NCBI GenBank assembly: GCA_015680685.1
Contig: MNCI01000556.1
Coordinates: forward strand, 1,251,931-1,315,930
Source of the DNA: Gnetum montanum
Lineage: Eukaryota > Plantae > Gnetophyta
DNA length: 64,000 bases
Direction of reading: 5' to 3'
Of this stretch, positions 25,820 through 39,856 are shown piece after piece (the stretch's first letter is position 1; every line of letters starts with the position of its first letter). Under the pieces are notes generated by a model, which saw only the letters and a program-made list of their open reading frames with translations, made no database searches and was not told where the DNA came from. The position numbers and the translations under genes were made by a program.

Positions 25820-26644
25820 ACTAAAATGTAGGCCTTCTTATTTTCTATGTATTGTGATTCATGTTTAGCTTCATTTTCATTCATCTATATCTATGTAATA
25901 TGTCTTTATTTGTGTCTATAAATGTATTGCGCTTCATTATTCTATAGCCTTATGTTGAAGGTTGAAGTATTTTAATTAAACATCTAATATGCTACGTCCA
26001 TATTATCAAATAATTAAAATTTTAAGTACTCTTATAGAATTTAGAACATATGCATATTAGCTTGATGATGCAAAGATAACATATTAGCATACTCAAGGAC
26101 ATGTTTATAGGATTTTCTCATTTTTTTCAACTTGATGAATTACAATAAAGATAATACATTAAGAAAAATCATTACATAAATTCTAAATGCATATCCTAAC
26201 AAGGAGGAATTATTGAAGAATAGGTGGATGAGTAAAAGAACAACCTTTATTGAAATGCAATCTACAACCATTTACACTACCTTCACATGACAAGGTTGCT
26301 TTGGTAAGATGTAAAAGAAAATAATCATAGTAAAGATAGTTTGCTTCAAACACTATTATTGTACCAAATACCTTGTGGGTGCTTTGAGATGCTTCTCTAA
26401 ACTATCATGTTGTCTATATATCTTTTATGATTTTATAGTTAAATTATTTTAATACTATCTCCATCCCCACACTTCACTAATTATCCTTGATTCTTATATA
26501 TTTGTCTAGCTCCTAACTATATTATAATGCTCAACTTAATATTATATTTTCCTTATCTTTGTAATATTTTTACAATTATATCTTTGGTTTACATGTTTAT
26601 TTAACCTAAATGAAACATTAGTGCTAGTGATACAAGGCTCAAGT

Positions 26645-26940
26645 GATTAACTCATTATCTTGTTAGATAAGAGGTTATCAATTTGACTCACACTTGAGGC
26701 ATCACTATATTCTTCCAAAAGTATCTTATTATCTATATATTCTAAGGTATAATTATAGTTATTATTTGGTATTTTAACACCTCATCCTCCAAATCGTTAG
26801 CTCATTCTATTATTAGATAAGAGGATACTAATTTGAGTCACACTTTAGGTATCATTATATTCTTCTAAAGTATCATGCTAACTTTATGTCTTGGGACATA
26901 CTTATAGTCATTCTTTGGGGTTCTAATACCTCATCCTATC
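26645..26940 (+). repeat. ~150-bp tandem duplication
   Basis: CTCATT..TTAGATAAGAGG..AATTTGA.TCACACTT..TATATTCTTC occurs at ~26651 and ~26801. Confidence 0.7.
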
Positions 26941-27169
26941 TTTCTCTTCCAAGAAATTAGTTTCTTATTTAGCTAAATAGCATATTTCTGAATTCAAGTT
27001 AGAGTTGAGGTATTGCTATATTTCTCTGTAATTCTATTAATATATCATATTGGATATGTCTTGAGTTGTGTCCATGGCCATATTATTTCAAGTTTTAGCA
27101 CATCTACTCCTCTTTAAATATGACTTTAATGTTTCGTTCTTTCAATATTTTTATTACTATTATCCTCTT

Positions 27170-28200
27170 TACCTAAATAATTTAGAAAATTACAAAAGAA
27201 CATCTTGATATCATTATTTCACATTATCAATAGCAAATTGCATCTCATATTTCAAATTTGTTTTTCTAGAATATTGTGAGATTACATGAGATTTATTTGA
27301 ATATTATTAGTAATAGATACTCAAAGTTTATTATTCATTTTTGGAGGATCCCCTTTAATATTTTAGAAATAAATTTAAATTTTTCAAGTGCATGTCATCT
27401 AAAGTTTGATGGCTACAATGAAGTGGTTAAAAAATATTTCATAAATATTTGGAGATGTTTGTGTGAAGGGTAACCAAATAAGTTAGAGAACTTATTGTAT
27501 CATGCTAATATTTCCTACAATAATAATTTTCATGTTGCTATTAGGAAGAGATCATTTGAGGTTAATTATTATTAAAGATGGTGGATAATATGATGACCTT
27601 TGATGGAGACACTCAATTGAACATAGAATTTGTGGAAGAGATGAACGATCTTCATGCTCAAGTGAAGGTAAATGTTGAGAAGAAAGATAAATAAAGAATC
27701 CTTAAAAGAAATGAGGTCAAGAGGACATTCAAATTTGATACTTGTAATATTTTTTAATTGAACTTAAAAATCAAGATATTGAGAGGTGTCAACTTCTCAA
27801 AATTGAAGGTTAAAAAGATATATCCTTTCAAGATAAGGATCAAAGTTAATGAAAATTCTTTTAAAATTAACTTAACAAATGATGTGCGTATGTATTTTGT
27901 TCTTAATTTTAAAAATTGTGTGCATTACCATGGACTTGTAGATGATAAAATATTACATGAAAAAATTGATGAGTTAATGATAACTATTGACATGTCCAAG
28001 CCTTCACAAGAGATGAAGGAAATTATACTTAAGAGGAGACAAGCCTTCAATACTTATGGAGTGAATAGGTATGAGTTCCTAATGTATTGGAAGGATCAAT
28101 CTACTGATAATTTTTTTGGATTCATGAGACCGAACTTGTTGAGTGGGGAATTACTTCTATCCCTACTTCATTATTCACCTACTTCACTTTCTGAAGGCTA
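27170..28200 (+). pseudogene. chromovirus integrase with C-terminal chromodomain, fragment
   Basis: VRLHE..IISNRYSKF..HFWR..LNFSSACH..DG.NEVV; KLKVKKIYPF..VNENSFKI; YEFLMYWKD chromodomain-like. Confidence 0.8.
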
Positions 28201-28210
28201 GAAGAGTTAG

Positions 28211-28996
28211 TGTAGGAACATCTTTCTCAATCCCTTTATCACCCCTATAGGTAGAGGAACAAAGATCTTCATAACTTCATAGATGTCTTAGACACATGAG
28301 AGATGTCTTATCTAAGAGTTTGACACTTCTAGAAGATGTCTTGACTAAGAATTGGTAGCTAACAGTAGATGTTCCACTACTTGGAAGACATCTTGGCTAG
28401 GATGGAAAACCTACAGGTAGGTAGGGAGTTGTCTCTACTGAGACATCTTATCTCCAGTAAAGATGCCTTTCCAACATGATAAACATCTTATCTGAAAGCT
28501 ACAATTACCAAAGAGACATCTTGCTAAGCTATTAGACATTCATAGAGGAAACTTTCTAAAATTATGTATTTGAGGTGGAAAATTACCATGGATCTTGGAT
28601 TTTGATCTGAGAAAATATTTTCTGATGTGTTTACTTTATGTTTAATAAATTAGGCTTGTGTTGCATGTTTTTTCAAGAGTGAAGAAGCATTTCATGAGAG
28701 TGTGTGCATCTTAGTGATTATTCTAGTCTATGTTATTGGCCATTATCTCTTTTTGTGTCAATCTTGATATTATGTATAAAAGAAGAAATTTCAATTGATT
28801 ATACCTTGGATTTAGGTTGATTGTGTATGATTGTAGAGCCTCATGCTTTGTAATATCTTTCAAATTAATTGAAGATATCTAGTTTTCAAGAAATTTATTT
28901 TTCTTACATACATTCTTGATTCAGTATGTTTGAAGAGTTAATGAAAATTGGATTGACCCTACTCCATGCAATCATTAGCTCTAGCTTCTATGCATC
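28211..28996 (+). repeat. probable 3' LTR of the chromovirus remnant
   Basis: TG start after purine-rich GGCTAGAAGAGTT; repeated AGATGTCT/AGACATCT motifs; right end approximate. Confidence 0.45.
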
Positions 28997-29049
28997 TAGG
29001 ACATCTACTTTAAATTTTATTTTTTTCTTTGTTATAAAAAGTTTCTATT

Positions 29050-29744
29050 CAAATGCCTACTATTCTTAAAGAATGAGTTCTTCATGAAACATGTAATAGA
29101 ACATATAAAAGAGTATGTTAATCAAAGTATTTCTTTGCTTATTACATGTAGTTGTTACAAAGTTTATTCTTGCATGATGAATAGTAGAATTGGATTAAGA
29201 ATGATGTGGATACTGTCCTAACACTTTCTATTAGTACTATGAAAACAAACCATCCTTTAATCTAATTAAAAACTAGTTTGTTTTTATCAAGTAGTTCTTT
29301 CTTGGGTATTACATGTACATTGAACCTTTCATAGAAATATAAATGCCTTTTGTTTAATTTTGATAATATATGTGATATTAAATAACTAATTAAATTCAAA
29401 CTTTAATGAAAAAACTTGCTTAATCTTTGCTGAAACATGGAAATAATATTTAGGCTAAAAAACAATTCTACTTTGAAAAAGATTTGAGGATTTTACAAAG
29501 AAGTATATGGGTTGGATAATTAAATATTTGGGGATTTTAATATGTGAATTATATTATATTAGAAATTTTTTTACGAATTTTATGCACAAAGTAAATATTT
29601 ATAAGTAAAATTTTTACGGAAATGTTTGTAGCACATCATGAAAATCTTTCAAAATAGGAAAGGTTTGATATCAAATTCAGACCATTTTCTACATTTTTAT
29701 TTATAATGTAATGGATCTATAGACTTTTAATTATGGATGAATTT
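29050..29744 (-). mobile_element. hAT transposase 3' remnant (dimerisation region), interrupted by Athila-2
   Basis: Minus strand GQYP..SSCK..KQRNTL pattern; continues on the other side of Athila-2. Confidence 0.4.
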
Positions 29745-30606
29745 TGATGAGTTACAAGGTACCCCTATGCCCAACCATCAAGATCATAGGTGTTCACATG
29801 CGATCCAATTGAATTCCATAGACTATAATCACTAAGTACAATAGAGCTAAATAGTGCATGTGTGTTGTCTTTTGGTTGTCTTCCTAGTCTTACTTTTGGA
29901 ATGCAATTGTATGGTTAAGTGTGATTGAGGTGTAAGATTTTTATTATTTTTTGTTTTATCAAATTATTTGCCTGGAACAAGAATGAAAGTAAGAGTGATT
30001 AAATGCTAAGTATACTATGGTCTAATCTAGCCTAACATAAGTAACTATTCCCACTTCCCCGACACATCCTGAACCTTGTGCAAACACTGTTGGGCTTTCA
30101 AACATTAGTTGTTTCTGAGCTACCAAGTGTCACACATATGTTCAAAGGGGCCATGCTTGTGTATCTAAATAAGTTGCTTGATTAATAAAAAATAATTAGT
30201 ACATAAATAATATTTATGTAAATTGCATAAAATATAAATTCATAAGAAATAAAGTCTCATGTGCTACAAGGAATGAATCAAAGAGTTCATCTTTATTGCC
30301 AACACAATGATGTGCTCACGTACATTAATGCTTGAATAAAGATCCGTTCACACCTAGACCTCCTACTATGGGAACTTGGAAAATATTCTAACTTTTAAAT
30401 GGACAAATTACAAGAGTTTTTCTACTTGACTACGAAAAACTTACTCCCAATCATGCACATGGATGCTATATTTATAGACCTGGGAGTAACCCTGTGATAT
30501 CTAATGTACAATATTGCATCATGGGCCACGATATCATGTTTCCGATATCATGTAACCAATATCGTGGCCACTCCAATATTGGAGCATTGAAAAACATGAT
30601 TTATCA
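29745..30606 (-). repeat. 3' LTR of Athila-2
   Basis: TGATGAGT...TTATCA; colinear with 38995-39856. Confidence 0.95.
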
Positions 30607-32596
30607 TGCCCCCACAACTAAATGAAAACTCATCCTCCAATATAGAAGAAGAGGAACAAGTCCTTTACAAAATAAATTAGGGGGTATGGACTTATTTGAC
30701 TGACATGAAAGGTGACATAGAGAAAATAGAAAAACATAGAAGTTCCCGAGTAGATAACATTACAATTGAATACAAATTTGGATGTTCATGACAATAGGAA
30801 AGAACACCCATGGATCCAAATGACATCCAACCCCTCTTGGCACAAAAGAATGAGGGAGAGGTAGAAGAGATCTAGTTGTCATGAATAATCTCTCATGAGT
30901 GATATGGTTGCATCCTCCTTGGTGAAGACAATCCTGCTTCTAGTCCACACTTCCCACTACAATCACAACAAAACTAATGATTAATGTATATAGTGTACAA
31001 ATAACAGTTGAATACCTTGTGTCATTGGCGATTTTATCTAGCCAAGTTGTAATTGTGATGGATTGGTTACTTGATATTGTTAGTGGAAAGACTAACGAAG
31101 GGGTTAAGTAAGAGAAGCAATCCATAAAATTTAGAAAAAGCTTAACACAAGGAATACTGGAAAGAAGGTATTCACAATAATAAAAATGAATTCATTACAA
31201 ATAGTTGTGAAGGTGCATAAAATTGGATGCCATGGATGGGGTAAATAAAAAGAATTTAATTGTAACAATGTCTAAAAGTAAAGAACTTAACTTAACAAAA
31301 CCAAAAGATATGCAACTGGGTCCTCCCCAAAGTAGACACAAGCCTTTTATGCCCTTGCATAAGTTCAAACCAAGGAGTCTGTGGGTACCATGGATGATTA
31401 ATGGTTATGGTAAGTTAAATACAAAAATCTAAAAGTAATTGACTGAGAAACCTGACACATCAAACCAGAACATTGAATCAAAACATGAAATAAGCAGTGA
31501 GGTGAGGCATGAAAAGCATAGATGGATGATAGAGAGAGTGGAATGGAGTTCCTAATTATGGTAACATGTAGTCCCTTGTGAATTTTGTGATTAAATTACT
31601 TGGTAGGATCCATCCTCAAGCTAGAACAAAAACAACCACTTTTAGTAACTTCGCATTAACATTCTAAGGCTAGTCCATCCCTTGAGATACAAGAATACTT
31701 TCACAAAACAACCACCATTCCAAATTGGAGTAAAGGTAGGAAGTAAGAAAGGTCCTTAGTTAGAGGAGATAAGAAAATTTTTATAACTAGTGCTTTGAAT
31801 TCCCCTGTTTTTTTTTTTGAATGGGAATCACACTATACAAAGACTCATGAATTTTTTGCATTTATTTTATCGAAGAGATGTGCTTTGAATTCTCATCTTC
31901 TTTATCTTTTTTTCATTTTTTGTGATGAGGACCACACCATGCAAGGACTTATTTGACTTCCTATTATGAAATGACATGGAATAGTGAGAAGCTTATGAGA
32001 ACACTCTTGCACATAGGAAAATAGAAAAAAATTAAGAATATTGCATCCCTTTGTAGTCACACCCTATCCAAACCTTTGATTCCTTCCCATTTCCAGAAAC
32101 TACACAAGTCATCAATTTAATAAAGTTACATTAATGAAGAAGAGACTACATACTTCCAAAACTAAGAAAATCATAAAGTGTGTGGATGGGTGGATGATGT
32201 GGACTCACTGCCTATTGCATAAAAAGAAACTATGTCCCATTCATTAGCAATGACATTCAAAGTCAAAAACTAGACATCAATAATCAAATTACAAATGAAG
32301 CATACCACCATTAAGTAATGCATTACCATTGTCCCTATCACCTTATTAGTAGAAAAAGTAGACAAACACATCAAACATAAGCAAACATAACCATGAAAGA
32401 AAGTAAAAGAGTAGACAATAGATATTGAATATATTAACAATGGTGTAAAGAAAAACTAAGAGAAGATCAATAACCTTAAAAATACAAATATGTAAAACAA
32501 AGACGTAAAAAAAAGAAGATGAAAAAAAAGTTGTAAAATCAAAAATGTGTTAAACAAAAAAAAAATCAAAAGATTGAGGATCCACAAGAGGTGTTA

Positions 32597-35500
32597 TTAT
32601 GGGTGCCCATCTCCCCCATGACTAAGTTGGAAGGGAGAGATCCAAAAGATTGAGCATGGTTGTTCATCTGACAAGGTGTTTGTTTCATTTTTTGGATTGG
32701 GCTCATGGAAAGGTTTTATTTCTTGAATGTTGACTAGTTTTTTCTTATTTGGGCTATTAGGTTTGTAGATGATCATGACCCTAGATGGAAAAGTCTCATC
32801 AATGATGTAAGGTCCTTTCCACAATTTCAGATTGGTAGGTTATTCATCTTCCATAAGGATTTTTATATTCTTCTAAAGTATCATGCTAACTTTATGTCTT
32901 GGGACATACTTATAGTCATTCTTTGAGGTTCTAATACCTCGTCCTATCTTTCTCTTCCAAGAAATTAGTTTCTTATTTAGCTAAATAGCATATTTCTGAA
33001 TTCAAGTTAGAGTTGAGGTATTGCTATATTTCTCTATAATTCTATTAATATATCATATTGGATATATGTCTTGAGTTGTGTCAATGGCCATATTATTTCA
33101 AGGTTTAGCACATCTACTCCTCTTTAAATATGACTTTAATGTTTCTTTCTTTCAAAATTTTTATTACTATTATCCTCTTTACCTAAATAATTTAGAAAAG
33201 TACAAAAGAACATATTGATATCATTATTTCACATTATCAATAGCAAATTGCATCTCATATTTCAAATTTGTTTTTCTAGAATATTGTGAGATTACATGAG
33301 ATTTATTTGAATATTATTAGTAATAGATACTCAAAGTTTATTATTCATTTTTGGAGGATCCCCTTTAATATTTTAGAAATAAATTTAAATTTTTCAAGTG
33401 CATGTCATCTAGAGTTTGATGGCTACAATGAAGTGGTTAAAATATATTTGATAAATATTTGGAGATGTTTGTGTGAAGGGTAACCAAATAAGTTAGAGAA
33501 CTTATTGTATCATGCTAATATTTCCTACAATAATAATTTTCATGTTGCTATTAGGAAGAGATCATTTGAGGTTAATTATTATTAAAGATGGTGGATAATA
33601 TGATGACCTTTGATGGAGACACTCAATTGAACATAGAATTTGTGGAAGAGATGAACGATCTTCATGCTCAAGTGAAGGTAAATGTTGAGAAGAAAGATAA
33701 ATAAAGAATCGTTAAAAGAACACTAGATGGCCCTAGATGATCATGACCCTAGATGCATCCATAAGGATTTTTATGGCCATGCATCTTCCAACATAATGGC
33801 CCCCACAAGGCCCTTCATGAGCATCCTACAGAACACTTAGTTGATTCGTATCAGGAACACACCAACATACCAAGCCATCATAATAGACTTTGTAAATGTT
33901 TTTATTAAGCTCCATAAAATGCTTGACCTAGTCAAGAAACTGTTGTTTCTTTCTAGTTTCCAACTTTTATGGAAGTTATTGCTTGAGTAGATAAGTAAGG
34001 ATTGTGTCATACCATTTTGGTTCATTAGGTATTAGTGTATTAATAGCCCGTGCAAGGAGAGCTTCATCAGGGAATTGGTCAAATAAAGGGCTCTCCTTCT
34101 TCTTTTCATCCCATCTTAGTCATGATAAGTGATCAATGACCATATTCTTCACACCTTACAATCTACGTTAATGAAATCAAATTCTTGCAAAATCACAAGC
34201 CACTGTATGACATAGGGGCTCACCATTGGTTTATTCATTAGAAATCAAATGGCGCTATGATCTGTGTGCAAAAACACTTTTTAGCCAAGCACATAGTGCC
34301 TAAACTTCTCTGAGGTGAACACCACTACCATCAACTATTTTTTTGTAGTGGGGTAGCTTAGTTGTGTAACAGTAATTCTCTAGCTTGCATAGTGAATGTA
34401 ATATGAACATTTTTAATCATCCATCTGCATAAGCACTACCCCCAAAGCATAATTTGATGCGTCAGTTATCAAATGAAATGGTCTAGAACAATCTCATGCT
34501 TGAAGAATGGGGGTTTTAACAAGCTTTTTCTTCAATTTATAAAATGTTGCTTCACACGTATGGGTCTAGATGAATGATGCACCATTCTTTGTCAATTCTA
34601 CCAATGGCGTCGTGATTTTGAAAAAATTCTTGATGAAGCATTGGTAGTAGCCAGTATAACCAAGGAATGACCACACTTCTTCCACTATTTCAGATTGGTA
34701 GGTTATTCGTTGGATGTCCCTTATTTTTTCAGGGTCCACCTTGATTCTTTCTTTTGAAATGTGATGCCCCAAGACTATGCCTTCTTGGACCATAAGTTGG
34801 CTCTTTTTCCAATTGAGTTGGAGGTTTGTTTCGACACATCTCTTCAACACCTACTCAAGATGGTCCAAGGCTTACTTGAACATAGCTTCATAGGTAGAAA
34901 AATCATCCATAAAGACTTCTACCCTACTACTGATCTAATGTTGGAAAATGCTGAGAACTAATTGTTGAAATTTTGCAAGGGCATTACATAGACCCCAAGA
35001 ACTTGTGAAAGTTGTCTTTGCCTAGCTCTCTAGTGCAATTTATATTTGGTTATAACCACTATAGCCATCCAAAAATTTGTAATAGAAGTGCCTAGAAATG
35101 GTTTCTAGCACTTGGTCGATGAAATGAAATGAAAAATGATCCTTGAAAGTTGTCATGTTGAGCAGTCCGAAGTTAATGAACACTCACCATTTTCTTCCCT
35201 TCTTAGGTATGATCATGAGTGGACTTACCCACTCACTATCTATGAAAGGGTACATCAATCCCACTTTAAGGAGTTGTTCAATCTCCCCTTTGACAATCTT
35301 CTTTAACTTGGGATTCAAATGTTGTTGTGGTTATCATTTTGGCTTGATGACAGGGTTAATGTATATTCGATGTTGGCATATACTTTGATCTATCCCAGTG
35401 AGTTTAGAATATGACCAGGTGAAGGCTACTGAGCATTTTTCCACAACTTTTATCAACTTTCTCTTTTGTTCTATAGCAAGCTTGGCATTAATAATAACTA

Positions 35501-38500
35501 GCCTTCCATTTTTTAAAAATACGTACTCCATTCCAACTGGTAGTATCTTCAATTCAAGGGGCTCTTGCTTAAAATTATCAAGAATTTAAAACTCATCCCA
35601 ATTGACATAATCATTTTCTCCTTCAGAGAGCTAGTGATGAACTTGCTCGATTTCATCCATACTTGTAACATATTCATACATTAGGCCCTTAGTAGGTTCC
35701 ATGAATAATGTACTACTGCTAGAATTAGTTGTTAGCCACTGGGTGCCTTCTTGTTTTGTTGATATTGTATACAGACATCTCTGAACCTCATCTTCTAGTG
35801 CACACTACTTGTATGCAGAGATAGATGTTTGCTTTACTAACCATAACTTTTGCACACAATGGAACCCTAAATCGTTATACGGGATACATAGAACTATCTT
35901 CTTCTCAATCTTTCCAAATTTATTTTATTTTGATATCTCTAAGGAAAGATCTCTAATTCCCATTTTGGCATCAACAATACTTAACCATGCCCTTCCCATA
36001 ATAATTGGAAAGTCCCCTTACAGTTCTTCACTTTGATTACTAGGAAATTAGCAAGATATGACCACCCACAAATGATGTTAATGATATCCTCAAGTAGTCC
36101 CAATGAAGTAGTGATGGATTGGTTTGCTAGTTGCAACTAGATGTTGCTCTTCCTTAGGGAAGGAAGGTTCCACATTGTGTAAATATCATGCAAGATTAAA
36201 TTAACACTATAACCAAAGTCCAGAGGAGCTTTACAAGGTTCATTCCCAATAATTTGTATGTAAACAAGGGGATTCCCAGGATCAGCTAATTTTCTCGGTA
36301 GGTTACCACTCGAATCTAATCATATACAGCATGTGTTAGCATTATAGTATGGATTCAAGAAGGATTTTGGTTTGAAAGAAAATCGAATATAGAGGAAACA
36401 GAGGAAGTTCGAGGAGTAGGGTTACCAACCACTGATGTGTTTGAGGATTTTGGTGGAGTATGAGGTTGGAAGAATGGTCTTTTCTTTGTTTGTGGTTCTG
36501 ACCCACTTGATGGATTAATTTATTGTAGATTAATTTCCCTCATAGTGTTCCTTTGTAGTGGTTGTGCAAGTAATTCTTCCTACATGGATAAAGTAGGTGT
36601 AAGCTATGTAGGAGTTGGTGTAGTGATAGGAGGTGCATGAGGGTAGTAGGTGGCATTCCTCCTTGGATAGGATAATTGGTATGCTTCAAGAGGGTAGTGG
36701 TGAGGCTGGTAAGTAGAAACATGACCAAAGAAGTCCCTTGGAGATGAAGATTGAAAAACATAGTAACCATAGTGATCTGGTTGTTAGTAAGGGTACTATT
36801 GTGTTGGAGGTGGCAATGCCCACGATTGTGATTATTTCCACTACTACTACAATTCATAAGGCTACAGTGGAGTTCCACTTGGATAATACCACTATGGTTG
36901 GTGAAACTATTGAGGATTTCCTTGTGGATAAGGTAATCTTTTTGGCATTTTCCTTTATGCAAGTCGTGGATGTAAAGCATAAACCCTAAATTCTTGCAAG
37001 TATGATACAACTAGACAACATCCCTTAGGATTGTCATACTGACAGACATCACACCCACAATCATCATTTGAATCGCTATCCATAGCCATCTCTATTGTAG
37101 CCATTTTACCTTTACCCCTAGATATGGCATGTTTAGCTTTCTTACGCCTTCGGTGCTCACACTTACCACTTTTCTCCTTGGACTCTTTAGCAATTTTTAA
37201 AATAGCTTGAAATCTATTTTCCATGGAGTCCTATAATTAATCAACCTTAGCCATGATTTCTCATTGTAAGTTTTAGAGTAACAAGGTTTTATGATTAACC
37301 ACCTCATCTTTGTTGAATTCATTCTCATTCTCACAAAATTGAATCTCCTTTTTCCAAATAGAAGGATCCCTATTGTATTCTTCTACACTTTCACATTTTC
37401 TTAGTTCTCCCTCCTCCTTGCCTACCTAAATTAATTTTTGAATCCAACAGGTGCTCAACTTTGTCAATATACTTTGGGCATAGATGCCAAGGGTTTTCGT
37501 GGATTTAGACTGCAACCCATCTATGATGTGGTGAAGCTAATCAAGTTGAGACTATCCATGGATAGGACACCTATGAAATAGAGAGTAGTATCGACCAATA
37601 GTAGCATCTAAGGTCTCATAATTCCCTTGTTTCCACCCTTGAATTTGTTTTCTTAGATTGGATACTTGGGAGTATGTTTGATATTGTTTATTAAATAATT
37701 CCAACATTGTACTCCACCACTTGATTCATTCTGGATACAAGGATTAATACCAATTTTCTGCTTCCTTTATGAGTGTCATTGGAAATAATCTTAACTTTTG
37801 CCAATCATTTTCAATATTCTGCAAGGAAAATGCATCTTAGAAGGCCTAAAGATGATTTTGTAGATTAATATAATATCCTCTTTCAAACCAAGAAATGTTT
37901 TTTATATCTAGCCTCTTTATTCTGTTGTCCTTCACATGCCTTGTTGAAATCCTTACAACCTCTACAATATTCAACATGCCCCAAGTAGCAAGTAGAGGTT
38001 CATCAAGGCCATGATGGTGATGCCTATGATGTTCTCTACTAACCTTTCTTTCTTGATGATGGGCCTCTCTAGATTGTCCATGTCTTCGATCATGACTATT
38101 CCGATGGTCCCTTCTATTATTCTAGTCTTTTCAATCATCTCCATCATGGTTATTTCTTCTACAGCCATGATCTAAACTAGATGAATAAGAAGATGAAAAT
38201 GATGAAGGGTAACAAGAAGAGGAACTTCCTTTATGTTGATGCCTATCATCCTTCCTTCGATGCTCACAACCACAATCACGATCATGATCTTCTTTGTCCC
38301 CATTTTCTTGACTTGCTTCTTAAAATCCATTTTTGTCATTGGATCTGTTTTGACCAAAACCTATATTATGGATTGTGGATTATACATTCTGGTTGAGGGA
38401 TCCTTAAACAAAGTCAAAGATAGGAGAATCAATAAAGAAGTGGTCACCTTCATCAATTGGGCCAAGTGGAGGTGGAAAAATATTTGATACCTTGCCCTTC

Positions 38501-38833
38501 ATAAGTTCATGTTGGTGCTCCAGCTAACAATCCGTTAATGTTTGCGCTTCAATAGGACGATAATCCCTTGAGTCAGGATCTTGCATCTCATATTCTCCAT
38601 GGAGATGCTGAAGCCTGTGTTGCATGAGCATTAGCTAGAGCATTGCTGGAATAGATTGGTTAGGTGGCAACATAATGTTACCTTCCATATCGCACCACTG
38701 CATCATTCATTTTGATGCAAGATGAAGGTAAAGTCTGGTACATACTCATCAGGATGAGCATATACCACCCAATATTGTTGAGGCACTTGAACTGCCATGG
38801 GTAGATATGGGCTCCTATGAGAACAAGACATTT
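32597..38833 (-). pseudogene. gag-pol of Athila-2 (integrase core deleted and replaced)
   Basis: LRLFPMTL gag, ALLDFGYSVNL-like protease, LDGYSGYNQI and FMDDFS RT, DASNYALG RH, HEGPCGGH and WKGPY INT. Confidence 0.9.
32863..33720 (+). repeat. near-identical copy of 26855-27710 inserted in Athila-2 integrase
   Basis: ORFs 27276-27473 and 33286-33483 are almost identical; DNA colinear over ~857 bp. Confidence 0.95.
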
Positions 38834-38975
38834 TATGTTAATAAACTTGTAAATAGTGTGTAGTTAAGGTTTAATTTAATGATAATAAATTTTTTTCATA
38901 CGATTTAACTCTCAAGGTTTAAACGATGAGGTTACTAGGTTTTATTGGGTTTAGATAGCACATGAAGAACTACAA

Positions 38976-38993
38976 TCCCTGGCAACAGTGCTA
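38976..38993 (-). other. primer binding site (tRNA-Asp type) of Athila-2
   Basis: Minus strand TAGCACTGTTGCCAGGGA, a decayed TGGCGCCGTTGCCGGGGA. Confidence 0.85.
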
Positions 38994-38994
38994 A

Positions 38995-39856
38995 TAATGA
39001 GTAGCATGGTACCCCTATGCCCAACCATACTAATTATAGGCATTTACATGTGATCCAGTTGAATTCCACAGACTCTAATTACTAAGTATGCTACAGCTAA
39101 ATAATGCATGCGTGTTGTCCATTTATTGTCTTCCTAGTCCCACTTGTGGAATGCAATTGTATGGTTAAGTGTGACTGAGGTGTAAGATTTTTATTATTTT
39201 CTGTTTTATCAAATTATTCACCTAGATAAAGAATGAAAGTAAGAGTGATTAAATGTTAAGTAAACTATGGTCTAATCTAGCCTAACACAAGTAACCATTC
39301 CCACTTCTCGAACACATATTGAACCTTGTGCAAACACTGTTGGGCTATGAAATGCTAGTTGTTTCTAAGCTACCAAGTGCCACACATATGTTTGAAGGGG
39401 TTGTTCTTGTGTATCTTAATAAGTTTCTTAATTAATCAAAATTAATTACTACATAAATAATATTTATGTAAATTGCATAAAATATAAATCCATAAGAAAG
39501 AAAGTCTCATGTGCTGCAATGAATGAATCAAAGAGTTTTGTCTTTATTGCCAACACAATGGTGTGCGCAGGTACATCAATGCTTGAATAAAGATCCATTT
39601 ACCCTTAGACCTCCTGTTGTGGGCACTTGGAAAATATTCTAACTTTCAAATGGACAAAGTATAAGAGTTTTGCTACTTGACTACCAAAAACTTACTTCCA
39701 ATTGTACACATGGATAATGTATTTATAGACTTGGAGTAATCCTATAATATTGAATGTACGATATCACATCTTGGGCTATGATATCACATACCCGATATCA
39801 TGTACCTAATATTGCGGCCACCCCAATATCAAATCATTGAAAAACATGATTTATCA
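38995..39856 (-). repeat. 5' LTR of Athila-2
   Basis: Colinear with 29745-30606, adjacent to the PBS. Confidence 0.95.

Larger units (their letters stand above)
29745..39856 (-). mobile_element. two-LTR Athila-type Ty3/Gypsy element (Athila-2), degenerate
   Basis: 862-bp LTRs, TSD AATTT/AAGTT (1 mismatch), tRNA-Asp-type PBS, PPT AGTTGTGGGGGCA, gag-PR-RT-RH-INT. Confidence 0.95.

Noticed and set aside
26040-26200. Possible MATH-domain fragment (GFSHFFQLDEL)
   Set aside because: Single short motif, insufficient
26635-26700. tRNA gene or SINE head
   Set aside because: Box A/B resemblance is weak and no cloverleaf can be built; kept only as a tandem duplication
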